The position numbers and the translations under genes are program-made. From NCBI GenBank assembly GCA_037444405.1, contig JBBIML010000035.1, positions 1 through 20,842 of the forward strand: a stretch of DNA of 20,842 bases, read 5' to 3'. This document shows, piece by piece, positions 9,158 through 18,546 of this stretch. This stretch comes from Armatimonadota bacterium. Its GTDB lineage: Bacteria; Armatimonadota; Fimbriimonadia; Fimbriimonadales; GBS-DC. Position 1 is the stretch's first letter. Every line of letters starts with the position of its first letter. The notes under the pieces were generated by a model that was given only the letters and a program-made list of their open reading frames with translations, had not been told where the DNA came from and did no database searches.

Positions 9158-12100
9158 ATGCGAATTATACGTCCAGCTAAGAAACGAATCAGCACCGTCC
9201 TTGAGCCGCCAGCACTGCTGGAAGTGCAGTTCAACTCTTACCGATGGTTTCTCGAGCAGGGACTGAAGGAGCTGTTCGAGATCTTTTCGCCTATCTACGA
9301 TTTGACGGAGACCTATTTTATCGAGTTCGGGGAGTATTGTCTGGGTGAGCCGAAATATGCGCTGGAGGAGTGCCGCGACCGCGAAATCACTTTCGAGGCG
9401 CCCCTGCGCGTCAAGGTGCGTTACGGCAAAAAGGATGGCGAGATTCAGGAAAGTGAAATCTATCTGGGCGACCTGCCCCTGATGACCGATAACGCCACCT
9501 TCATCGTCAACGGGCGCGAGCGCGTGGTCATCAACCAGCTCAACCGCACGCCCGGTGTCCACTTCCCGTCGCCCTATCTGTCCAGCACGGGGCGCGAGAT
9601 GATGGCGCGTGCCCTGCAAGAGGTCTATCTGGTGCAGATTATCCCTGCTGAGGGTCCCTGGATCGATGGGGGCAGCGACCCGCACGATGTGGTGCGTGTG
9701 CGCGTGCATCAGTCGAAGCAGCTGCCCTTCACGCAGATTATCAAGGCGTTAGCTGCCTTCCCGGAGGCGCAGGTGCCGACCCGATTGCCGCTGCAACGCG
9801 CCGTTGGCTGGCGACTGCTTGAACCCGTGCGGGAAGGGCGCAAAACGGTGCTGGAAGCGGGCACGATTGTTCAGCCTGCCATGCTCGCGAACCTTTCCGC
9901 CGATACCCTCCAGCAGAAGGTGCAGGTGGAACCGCCCTATCTGCCCGACGCTGAAGGACGCCCCAGCCTCACCAACGAGTCGTTTCTGCTGCTGTTTGGC
10001 ACGTTCGAAGAGGTTGCGGAACCCTCCATAGAGCAGGTGCGCGACCGCTATGTGGCGGAAGACATTCGCGACCGGCGCGGGCGCGTGATTGTGCCGAAGG
10101 GGACGCGCATCGACGCCGAACGCGCCCCTGCCGTCGCCCAGCATGCTATCCCACCGTTGCGGCTGATCCGATTGCCACGCCTTGTGCAGGCAACCCTTGA
10201 CGCCGATCCCACCACCGACTCGCGTGAAGCTCTGCTCGACTTCTATCGGCGTGTGCGCCCTGGCGACCCCGCCACCGAAGAGAATGTGCGCGCGGTGTTC
10301 TATAACCTGCTACTTGACCGCCGCCGCTACGACCTCGGCGCCGTCGGACGCTACCAGATTAACCGCAAGCTCGGACACGAAACGCCTCTGGAGGTGCGCC
10401 ACCTGACCGTGCCCGACCTGATTCTCACGCTGCAGTACCTGATTGAACTGGCGGATGAGAAACATCCCTACGATGATACAGATCACCTTGCCAACAAGCG
10501 GGTGCGCTCCGTCGGCGAGCAGTTGCAGGCGCATTTGCGAACCGCCTTTTTGCGCATGGAGAAGATTGCCCGCGAGAAGATGACTGCTGCCGAAGATGTG
10601 CATCAGCTGCTGCCCAACATGGTGCTGAGTGTGAAGCCTGTTTCCACTGCCCTCAAAAGCTTCTTCGCCCAGAACCCGCTCAGCACTTTTATGGATCAGA
10701 CCAACCCGCTTTCGGAGGTTGCCAACAAGCGGCGGCTCTCGGTGCTGGGTCCGGGCGGTCTCAGCCGTCAGAGTGTGCCGCCGCAGGTGCGTAACATCTT
10801 CCCCAGCCATTACGGACGGCTCTGCCCCGTCGAAACGCCCGAAGGTCAGAACATCGGGCTGGTCAATCAGCTGACACTGTATGCCCGTGTGGACGAGTAC
10901 GGCTTCATTCGCTCGCCCTACCGTATCGTGCGCGACGGGCGCGTTACCGACGAGGTGGTCTATCTCGCCGCCGATGAAGAGATGACCGCCTATATCGCCC
11001 CTGCCGACACGCCCGTGCTGCCCGACGGCACACTCGCGAGCGAACTCGTGCAGGTGCGCTACGGCGACGAGTATCCCACTATCCCTCGCGAGCGCGTCCA
11101 GTATATGGATGTCAGCCCCTCGCAGGTGTTTTCGGTCTCTGCCAGCATGATCCCGTTTCTGGAGCATGACGACGCGGGACGCGCCCTGATGGGCGCCAAT
11201 ATGCAGCGTCAGGCGGTGCCCCTTGTGGAGCCGGAGACCGCCTATGTGCATACGGGTGTGGAGCGCGCGGTGGCACTGAGTGCGCCCAGCGTGATTCGCG
11301 CCCGCCGCGCGGGACGAGTCCGCTATGTGTCCGCTGAGGAGATTCGCGTGGAAACCAGCGAGGGCGAGCTCGACATTTATCACCTCACCCACCTCCAGGA
11401 AAGCAATAAAGGCACCGCTTTCAGCTACCGACCCGCTGTCAAACTGGGGCAGCGCGTGCGGGAAGGCGATGTGCTAGCTAACGGCGCCGCCACCCAGCAC
11501 GGTGAACTCGCGCTCGGACGCAATGTGCTGGTCGCCTTCATGCCCTGGAACGGCTATAACTACGAAGATGCCATGCTGGTCTCGCAGGCGCTGCTCCACC
11601 GCGAAACCTACACCAGCGTCCACCTCGAAACCCACCAGACCGATGCCGTGGACACCAAGCTCGGCACCGAGGAAATCACCAGCGACATTCCGAATGTGAG
11701 CGAGGAAGCCCGCCGCCAGTTAGACGAGAACGGCATCATTCGCATCGGGGCGGAGGTGCGCGCGGAGGATATTCTGGTGGGCAAGGTCGCGCCGAAGCCA
11801 ACCACGGAGGGCAGCACGGAGCAGCGCCTGGTACGCATCATCTTCGGCTCGCAGGCAGAAGAGATGCGTGATGTCTCGTTGCGTTTGCCCCACGGTGAGC
11901 GAGGCGTGGTCGTGCAGGTGCTCCAGTTCGCCCGCTACCGATACCAGTGCCAGCGCTGTAATGCGCTCTTCTATCGCGCCAAACCGCTCGAAACACGCAG
12001 CTGCCCCCGCTGCCGCGGTACCCTCGAAACCCTGCCCGAAGACGAACTCCCGCCCGGCGTCAACCATCGCGTGCGCGTCACCGTCGCGACGAAGCGTCTG

Positions 12101-13213
12101 CTCACCGAAGGCGACAAAATGGCAGGGCGACACGGCAACAAGGGCGTCATCTCCCGCATCCAGCCCGTCGAAGATATGCCCTTCCTGATGGACGGCACGC
12201 CCGTCGATGTCGTTCTTAACCCGCTCGGCGTGCCATCACGGATGAATGTGGGGCAGATTATGGAGCTCCATCTCGGCTTTGCGGCGCACCAGCTGGGCAT
12301 CCGTTATCAGATCCCCGTCTTTCAGGGCGCCACCGTTGAGGAGATTCAGGCGGAGCTTGCGATTGTTGCCGACCGCCTGCGGCTGCGAACGCTTCTGGCT
12401 CTACTCACTGACGAACTCGGACTCACCTTGAACCTGCCGCCCAACGCCACCTTTGACGAAGCCATCGAGCAGCTGGGCGAGATTCTGCACGGGCTCGACG
12501 CCCAGCGGCTCGCCGCCATCGCCCGGCGATTGGGCATTCCTGGATTGACGGCACCCTCCAGCGAGCCTGCACGCGCCCGCCGTCGCAAACAGACAGGCAC
12601 CCCCGAAGCCGCACCGCAGCCATCCATGCCCGAACTGATCCAGACCCTTCTGGACACCATCCGCGAACGCGCCATCCAGCGCACAGGCTTCGACCCCACC
12701 ACTGGTAAGGCGCTGCTGCGCGACGGCAAGAGCGGTGAGACCTTCCAGAACCCCGTCGCCATCGGCTACCTCTACCTGCTCAAGCTGGAGCATCTCGCCG
12801 AAGAGAAAATCCATGCCCGCTCCATCGGACCCTACTCGCTGGTGACGCAGCAGCCGCTGGGCGGCAAAGCGCAGTTTGGTGGGCAGCGGCTCGGCGAGAT
12901 GGAGGTCTGGGCGCTCGAAGCCTATGGCGCCGCCCACACCCTCCAGGAGATGCTCACCATCAAATCGGACGATGTGATGGGGCGCATCCGCGCCTACGAG
13001 GCGATCGTCAAAGGCGCACCCGTCATCCAGCCCTCGGTGCCTGAATCGTTCAAAATCCTCGTTAATGAGCTGCGCGCCCTCGCGCTCCGCGTCCAGATCG
13101 TCGACCCCAGAGATCAAGCCCACAACTTCCGAAGCCTCGAGGAACTCGAAACGCTCGGCACCGAAGAGGAGACCAGACCCACTCTCACCATGCTCCATCC
13201 TGAAAACGAATAG
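9158..13213 (+). CDS. rpoB: DNA-directed RNA polymerase subunit beta (1351 aa, divergent)
   Basis: FIVNGRERV, FMDQTNPLSE, HYGRLCPVETPEG, RALMGANMQRQA, GYNYED, GDKMAGRHGNKG, NPLGVPSRMN, GGQRLGEME. GAGGAGG SD precedes ATG 9158. Confidence 0.98.
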   Translation: MRIIRPAKKRISTVLEPPALLEVQFNSYRWFLEQGLKELFEIFSPIYDLTETYFIEFGEYCLGEPKYALEECRDREITFEAPLRVKVRYGKKDGEIQESEIYLGDLPLMTDNATFIVNGRERVVINQLNRTPGVHFPSPYLSSTGREMMARALQEVYLVQIIPAEGPWIDGGSDPHDVVRVRVHQSKQLPFTQIIKALAAFPEAQVPTRLPLQRAVGWRLLEPVREGRKTVLEAGTIVQPAMLANLSADTLQQKVQVEPPYLPDAEGRPSLTNESFLLLFGTFEEVAEPSIEQVRDRYVAEDIRDRRGRVIVPKGTRIDAERAPAVAQHAIPPLRLIRLPRLVQATLDADPTTDSREALLDFYRRVRPGDPATEENVRAVFYNLLLDRRRYDLGAVGRYQINRKLGHETPLEVRHLTVPDLILTLQYLIELADEKHPYDDTDHLANKRVRSVGEQLQAHLRTAFLRMEKIAREKMTAAEDVHQLLPNMVLSVKPVSTALKSFFAQNPLSTFMDQTNPLSEVANKRRLSVLGPGGLSRQSVPPQVRNIFPSHYGRLCPVETPEGQNIGLVNQLTLYARVDEYGFIRSPYRIVRDGRVTDEVVYLAADEEMTAYIAPADTPVLPDGTLASELVQVRYGDEYPTIPRERVQYMDVSPSQVFSVSASMIPFLEHDDAGRALMGANMQRQAVPLVEPETAYVHTGVERAVALSAPSVIRARRAGRVRYVSAEEIRVETSEGELDIYHLTHLQESNKGTAFSYRPAVKLGQRVREGDVLANGAATQHGELALGRNVLVAFMPWNGYNYEDAMLVSQALLHRETYTSVHLETHQTDAVDTKLGTEEITSDIPNVSEEARRQLDENGIIRIGAEVRAEDILVGKVAPKPTTEGSTEQRLVRIIFGSQAEEMRDVSLRLPHGERGVVVQVLQFARYRYQCQRCNALFYRAKPLETRSCPRCRGTLETLPEDELPPGVNHRVRVTVATKRLLTEGDKMAGRHGNKGVISRIQPVEDMPFLMDGTPVDVVLNPLGVPSRMNVGQIMELHLGFAAHQLGIRYQIPVFQGATVEEIQAELAIVADRLRLRTLLALLTDELGLTLNLPPNATFDEAIEQLGEILHGLDAQRLAAIARRLGIPGLTAPSSEPARARRRKQTGTPEAAPQPSMPELIQTLLDTIRERAIQRTGFDPTTGKALLRDGKSGETFQNPVAIGYLYLLKLEHLAEEKIHARSIGPYSLVTQQPLGGKAQFGGQRLGEMEVWALEAYGAAHTLQEMLTIKSDDVMGRIRAYEAIVKGAPVIQPSVPESFKILVNELRALALRVQIVDPRDQAHNFRSLEELETLGTEEETRPTLTMLHPENE

Positions 13214-13254
13214 CTGACCACACTCCTGCCCATAGATGGAGGTGACGCAAATAG

Positions 13255-16200
13255 ATGGATATTGAACAGATTAAAGCGATCCGAATCGGGTTGGCGTCGC
13301 CAGACGACATTCGCAACTGGTCGTACGGCGAGGTCAAAAAGCCTGAAACCATCAACTACCGCACCTTCCGCCCAGAGCGGGACGGGCTCTTCTGTGAGCG
13401 CATCTTTGGTCCGACCCGCGACTGGGAATGCAGTTGCGGACGCTACAAGCGGGTCAAGAATAAGGGCGTCCGCTGTGAGCGCTGTGGCGTCGAGGTCACA
13501 CGCGCCCGGGTCCGACGCGAGCGCATGGGACATATCGAGCTCGCCGCGCCCGTCGTCCATATCTGGTACCTCAAAGGGCAACCCCCATCCCCGCTCGGAC
13601 TCCTGCTCGACATCTCGCCCCGCCAGCTTGAAAAGGTCATCTACTTCACCAACTATATCATCACCGAGATCGACCGCGCCGAGATCGAGCGCAATCTCGG
13701 CGACATTCGCCGCGTTGTTGAAGAGGAGAAAGCTCGTCTTGACGACGAACTTGCCCGCGTCTATCAGGAGCTCGACAACCGCCTCCAGCGCGAGCTGCAG
13801 GAGCATCGGGACGACTGGACCGACGCCCAGCGTGAGGAGCGCATCCGCTACTACAACCATCGCAAGGAGATGGAAGCCCGCGAACATCAGAACTGGTTGA
13901 GCGACCTCGAACGCGCCACGAATCACCTCGCCTCCCTCCAGAAATATCAGCTGCTGGACGAAACCACCTGGAGCGCGATTGAGCATCTGCTGATCCACTG
14001 TTCCCGCAGGCTCGGACGCGACCTGCGCGGGCTGGTACGCGCCGGGCAGGGCGCCGAGGCGGTTCGCGAACTGCTGCGCCAGCTCGACCTTGAAGCGCTC
14101 ACACGCCAGCTCCGCGAGGAAATCCAGCGCACGCAGGGCGCCCGCCGCGCTCGCATTGTCAAGCGGCTTGAAATTGTTGAAGCCTTCCGCCAGAGCCATG
14201 CCCGACCCGAATGGATGATCCTCGAAGCGGTGCCCGTGCTGCCGCCTGAGCTGCGCCCGATGGTCCAGCTCGATGGCGGGCGCTTCGCCACCAGCGACCT
14301 CAACGATCTTTACCGCCGCATCGTCAATCGCAACAACCGCCTGCGCAAGATTCTCGAAATCCGCGCACCCAAAACCATCCTGAACTCGGAGAAGCGCCTG
14401 CTGCAGGAAGCCGTCGACGCCCTCATCGACAACGCTCGCCGCACCAAACCTGTCGCCGGCTCCAACGGGCGACCTCTCAAGTCGCTCTCGGATCTGCTGC
14501 GCGGCAAGGAAGGGCGATTCCGCAAGAACCTGCTCGGCAAGCGCGTCGATTATTCAGGTCGCTCCGTGATTGTGGTCGGTCCTCACCTGCACCTACACCA
14601 GTGTGGTCTGCCCAAAGAGATGGCGCTGGAGCTGTTCAAGCCCTTCGTGATGCACCGCCTCATCCTTATGGGGCTGGCAAACAACATCAAAAGCGCCAAG
14701 CAAGCCGTCGATCGCCAGACGCCCGAAGTCTGGCAGGCGCTCGAGACGGTGATTCGGGAGCATCCGGTGCTGCTCAATCGCGCCCCGACCCTGCACCGAC
14801 TGGGCATCCAGGCGTTCGAACCTGTTCTCACCGAAGGCAAGGCGATCCAGCTCCATCCGCTGGTGTGCCATGCCTATAACGCCGACTTCGACGGCGACCA
14901 GATGGCGGTGCATGTGCCCCTCTCGTATCCTGCCCAGGCGGAGGCGCGACTGCTGATGCTCGCCATTCATAACCTCTTCAAGCCTGCCGACGGCTCGCCG
15001 ATTGTGTCGCCTCTGCAGGACATCGTGCTGGGCGCCTATTACCTCACGATGGACGATCCCTACGGTCAGCAGGAGCCGCGCTTCATCTTTGGCAGTGTGG
15101 AGGAGGCGCACCTGGCGTTCGAGGGCGGCGAGATTCGCATGCATGAACCCGTCCGCATCCGCCTCAGCACGGAGAACCTGATTCCGACTTCACCCGACGG
15201 CTCCGACTCGATTCCACCGCGCCTGGTGCTGACCACCTATGGGCGACTGCTGTTCTTTGAGCTGCTACCTGCCTCGTTCAAACGCCACCTGCTGGAGTCG
15301 CCCGATGAGGCTCTGCAAGCCTGTCTGAACCGCGTGTACACCAAGAAGGCGCTCTCGGAGCTGATCCGCGAGGTGTATCGCGTCTGCGGGCACGCCGAAA
15401 CGGTCACCTTCCTCGATCAGCTCAAGCAGGCAGGCTTCTACTGGGCAACGCGTGCGGGCATCACCTTCGCGCTGACCGATATGGCGATCCCGGAAGAGCG
15501 CGACGAAATCGTGCGCCGTGCGGAGGAGGAGGCGCGCCGCATCGACGAACTGTACGAGATGGGCGAACTCACCCTTGCCGAAAAACGCCAGCGACTGATC
15601 GACCTCTGGCAACGCGCCTATGAGCAGGTGACTCAAGCGATGCTGCGCTCCATCCCACGCGATAACCCGCTGTTCATCATCACCGATTCAGGCGCCCGCG
15701 GCTCCACCAAGCAGCTGGCGCAGCTGGTCGGGATGCGCGGGCTGATGAGTGGACTGCTCGACATCCGCACCGCATCCGAGCGCCTGATTGAGGAGCTGCC
15801 CGTGCGCCACAACTTCCGCGAGGGTCTCACCACCCTCGAATATTTCGTCTCTGGCTACGGCGCGCGGCGTGGGCTTGCCAGCACCGCGCTGCTGACCGCC
15901 AACGCGGGCTATCTCACCCGCCGTATGGTCGATGTCGCCCAGGATGTGATTGTGCGCATCCCCGACTGCCAGACCACCGAGGGCATTGTGGTGGCACGCA
16001 TCATTCGTGAGGGTGAGGAGATCGAACCGCTCTATCAGCGTATCCGCGGGCGCACCGCCCGACGCACGCTGCGCAACCCCTACACGGGCGAGACGCTGAT
16101 CGAAGAGAACCAGATTATCCCGGACGAGCTCGCTCGTACCATCGATCAGCTCGCGGCTCAGCTGGAGCGCTTCACCCAGACCCTGCGCGACCTCTCCGAA

Positions 16201-17994
16201 AAGGAGCCGGGCGAGCTCTTCACGCCCGATGATGCTCAGCCGCTGACCGATCCCGAGACGGGCGAGCCGCTGTTGGAACCGTTTGAGCCGATTGATGAGT
16301 CGCTGCTGACCCGGTTGCGCGCTCGCCGGGAAGAGCTGCGCCAGCTCTGGTATCGCGCGGGCTTTGAATGGGTTGAACATGATTGGGTTGGCGTGCCCAT
16401 CCGTTCACCGCTGACCTGCGCGTCCCGACATGGACTCTGCGCCGCCTGCTACGGTCTCGATATGGGCACTTTGCGCCCTGTTGAACTGGGCACTGCCGTC
16501 GGCATCATCGCCGCCCAATCGATCGGCGAGCCGGGCACCCAGCTCACTATGCGCGTGTTCCACACGGGCGGCGTCGCAGGCGCTGGCGAGCAGATTGCGG
16601 GCTTCCGAGTCGGCGGCGCAACCCTGCAGGCGGCTGCCGCGCTCGGCGAGCTTGAAGAGCGCGGCGTAACCGAACGCATCAGCGACCTGCGCTCCGACCA
16701 GCGCCGCGTGCTGTATCGCGTCGCCCAGCGACTGCTTGGTAAGCCTGTCCAACCAGAACCCATCGAACCCGCTGAAACAGCCGAAACCGAGACTGAAGAA
16801 AAGGTCCAGCGCAAGGTGCGCGAGTGGGTGCGCAAGCTCGCCAAACTGATGGAGAGCCAGAACACGGGCATCAACCGCGTGGAGGAGCTGTTCGAAGCCC
16901 GCAAGCCCAAAGGCGAAGCCATCACCGTCGACTACGAGGGCGAGGTGGTCGCCATCGAGCGCAGCATCGGGCGCTGGGTCGTGCTGCGGGCAAACCTGCC
17001 CGTCGGTGAGCAGCTCATCGGCAAGGTCAGCCTGCACACCGTCGTCAGTCCCATAACGGGCGAAACCCTTCTGCGCGAGATGGAGGAAATCCGCTCCACC
17101 CACCTCAACCGCCTGATGGAGCATGGTGTGGAGCAGGTGGAGGTACTGGACGCTGTGCTGGTGGGCGTCTCGGGCACGCTGGAGGTCAAGGTGGGCGACC
17201 GCGTGCTGCCCGGCGATCGCCTGACTCCGGGACCGCTGAACCCGCATGACCTGTTGCGCCTGCGCGGCGTGCGCGGCGTGCAGGAGTACCTCCTGCGCGA
17301 GATTCAGGCGGTCTATAAGGCGCAGGGCGTCGACATCGATGACAAACATATCGAGGTTATTCTGCGCCAGATGCTGCGCAAGCGGCGCATCATCGACCCG
17401 GGCGACACCCTCTTCCTGCCCGCGCAGATTGTGGATCGGTTCGTGTTCGAGGATGAGAACGCGCGGGTGATGCGCGAGGGCGGTCGACCCGCCACCGCCG
17501 AATGGGTGCTGCTGGGCACTTCGGAGGCGGCGCAGCAGACCGAATCGTTCCTGTCGGCTGCCTCGTTCCAGCGCACCGTAAAGGCGCTCACCGATGCCGC
17601 TGTGCGTGGCAAGCTGGACGAGCTGGTCGGGCTGAAGGAGAACGTGATTATCGGGCGGCTCATTCCGGCAGGCACGGGCTACTCCCGGCCCGAGTTCCGG
17701 GCGGAGTTCACCCGCCCCACCCGCGCCGCCGTGATGGAAGCGGAGGCGCCGCCCACCACCGAGCCGAAACAGCCTACTCTGCGCGACCTCGAACGGCTGA
17801 TAGGCGAGCCGTCGGCAACCGAAACTGCCACCCCTGCCCCACCCGACACAACCAGCCTGGCAGACCTGTCTGAGCGGGCTCCCATAACGGAACAGCCCGA
17901 TCAGTCGGGGCTGGTAGAAGAAACCCAGCCAGCCGCTGAATCCGAAACGAAGCCGAAGCGCCGTCGCCGCAAGCAGGCAGACGCTGAGAGTTGA
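13255..17994 (+). CDS. rpoC: DNA-directed RNA polymerase subunit beta' (1579 aa, divergent)
   Basis: N-terminal Zn site (CSC...CERC), [36 protein letters not shown], second Zn site, [35 protein letters not shown]. Confidence 0.98.
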   Translation: MDIEQIKAIRIGLASPDDIRNWSYGEVKKPETINYRTFRPERDGLFCERIFGPTRDWECSCGRYKRVKNKGVRCERCGVEVTRARVRRERMGHIELAAPVVHIWYLKGQPPSPLGLLLDISPRQLEKVIYFTNYIITEIDRAEIERNLGDIRRVVEEEKARLDDELARVYQELDNRLQRELQEHRDDWTDAQREERIRYYNHRKEMEAREHQNWLSDLERATNHLASLQKYQLLDETTWSAIEHLLIHCSRRLGRDLRGLVRAGQGAEAVRELLRQLDLEALTRQLREEIQRTQGARRARIVKRLEIVEAFRQSHARPEWMILEAVPVLPPELRPMVQLDGGRFATSDLNDLYRRIVNRNNRLRKILEIRAPKTILNSEKRLLQEAVDALIDNARRTKPVAGSNGRPLKSLSDLLRGKEGRFRKNLLGKRVDYSGRSVIVVGPHLHLHQCGLPKEMALELFKPFVMHRLILMGLANNIKSAKQAVDRQTPEVWQALETVIREHPVLLNRAPTLHRLGIQAFEPVLTEGKAIQLHPLVCHAYNADFDGDQMAVHVPLSYPAQAEARLLMLAIHNLFKPADGSPIVSPLQDIVLGAYYLTMDDPYGQQEPRFIFGSVEEAHLAFEGGEIRMHEPVRIRLSTENLIPTSPDGSDSIPPRLVLTTYGRLLFFELLPASFKRHLLESPDEALQACLNRVYTKKALSELIREVYRVCGHAETVTFLDQLKQAGFYWATRAGITFALTDMAIPEERDEIVRRAEEEARRIDELYEMGELTLAEKRQRLIDLWQRAYEQVTQAMLRSIPRDNPLFIITDSGARGSTKQLAQLVGMRGLMSGLLDIRTASERLIEELPVRHNFREGLTTLEYFVSGYGARRGLASTALLTANAGYLTRRMVDVAQDVIVRIPDCQTTEGIVVARIIREGEEIEPLYQRIRGRTARRTLRNPYTGETLIEENQIIPDELARTIDQLAAQLERFTQTLRDLSEKEPGELFTPDDAQPLTDPETGEPLLEPFEPIDESLLTRLRARREELRQLWYRAGFEWVEHDWVGVPIRSPLTCASRHGLCAACYGLDMGTLRPVELGTAVGIIAAQSIGEPGTQLTMRVFHTGGVAGAGEQIAGFRVGGATLQAAAALGELEERGVTERISDLRSDQRRVLYRVAQRLLGKPVQPEPIEPAETAETETEEKVQRKVREWVRKLAKLMESQNTGINRVEELFEARKPKGEAITVDYEGEVVAIERSIGRWVVLRANLPVGEQLIGKVSLHTVVSPITGETLLREMEEIRSTHLNRLMEHGVEQVEVLDAVLVGVSGTLEVKVGDRVLPGDRLTPGPLNPHDLLRLRGVRGVQEYLLREIQAVYKAQGVDIDDKHIEVILRQMLRKRRIIDPGDTLFLPAQIVDRFVFEDENARVMREGGRPATAEWVLLGTSEAAQQTESFLSAASFQRTVKALTDAAVRGKLDELVGLKENVIIGRLIPAGTGYSRPEFRAEFTRPTRAAVMEAEAPPTTEPKQPTLRDLERLIGEPSATETATPAPPDTTSLADLSERAPITEQPDQSGLVEETQPAAESETKPKRRRRKQADAES

Positions 17995-17997
17995 ATC

Positions 17998-18028
17998 AAA
18001 ACGGGGGGCGGGTGTCAAACCCGCCCCC
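17998..18028 (-). terminator. Hairpin between convergent rpoC and cytochrome genes; intrinsic terminator, possibly bidirectional
   Basis: GGGGGCGGGT-GTCAA-ACCCGCCCCC, a 10-bp stem at 18004-18028, followed by GTTTT on the minus strand. Confidence 0.7.
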
Positions 18029-18034
18029 ATCACC

Positions 18035-18526
18035 CTACGGGTTCCAGCGACTGAACACCCGATCGCGGTCTTTCACCTGGTCGTGGCAGCCCTGACACTG
18101 ACCCACAGGGTCGGTCACGATGGGCTTGCCCGACGCATCCCACGCCTGCCAACCCCAGCCGCCCGATCGCGCATAACGGCGACTGTCTTTGACCATCAGC
18201 GCGGTGACCTTCTTCTTCCCCGCGACATACATGCCGTTCTCGTCTTTCGCCTCGTACAGCACGAAGACTATCTGGCTGCCGTTGGGGAACTGCTTCGCGT
18301 TTTTGCGATAGGCTTCCGCCGCAATCGGGTTCGCGTAGATATGATGCACGCCACCAAACGCGCCAAACAGCGGGTGCTTGTCGCTGTAGATGACACCCGT
18401 GGTAATATGCGTCCAGTTGCGCCAGCCTGCAGGCAGCCGCTGAGGAGTCGGCGGCTTGCTCTGACCCGCTATGGCGACCATACTCAACAACGCCAGTAAG
18501 CCCGCTCCAAGCAGAAAAGCTCGCAT
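18035..18526 (-). CDS. Cytochrome P460 family / cytochrome c'-beta monoheme protein (163 aa)
   Basis: Signal peptide, GWRNWTHI, HHIYANP, FPNGSQIV, LMVKDS, GGWGW and C-terminal CQGCH...DRVF. GGAGGTG SD supports ATG 18526. Confidence 0.88.
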   Translation of the reverse strand: MRAFLLGAGLLALLSMVAIAGQSKPPTPQRLPAGWRNWTHITTGVIYSDKHPLFGAFGGVHHIYANPIAAEAYRKNAKQFPNGSQIVFVLYEAKDENGMYVAGKKKVTALMVKDSRRYARSGGWGWQAWDASGKPIVTDPVGQCQGCHDQVKDRDRVFSRWNP

Positions 18527-18546
18527 GTCATTCACCTCCATATTAG

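Noticed and set aside
9158..17994. Inteins or pseudogenisation explaining the rpoBC inserts
   Set aside because: No intein C/S...HN termini or LAGLIDADG motifs were seen, and the frames and catalytic residues are intact.
16405..18033. 542-aa antisense ORF, plus others at 13114-14199, 10310-11392 and 12401-13198
   Set aside because: Shadow frames of GC-rich rpoB/rpoC codons, with no recognisable motifs.
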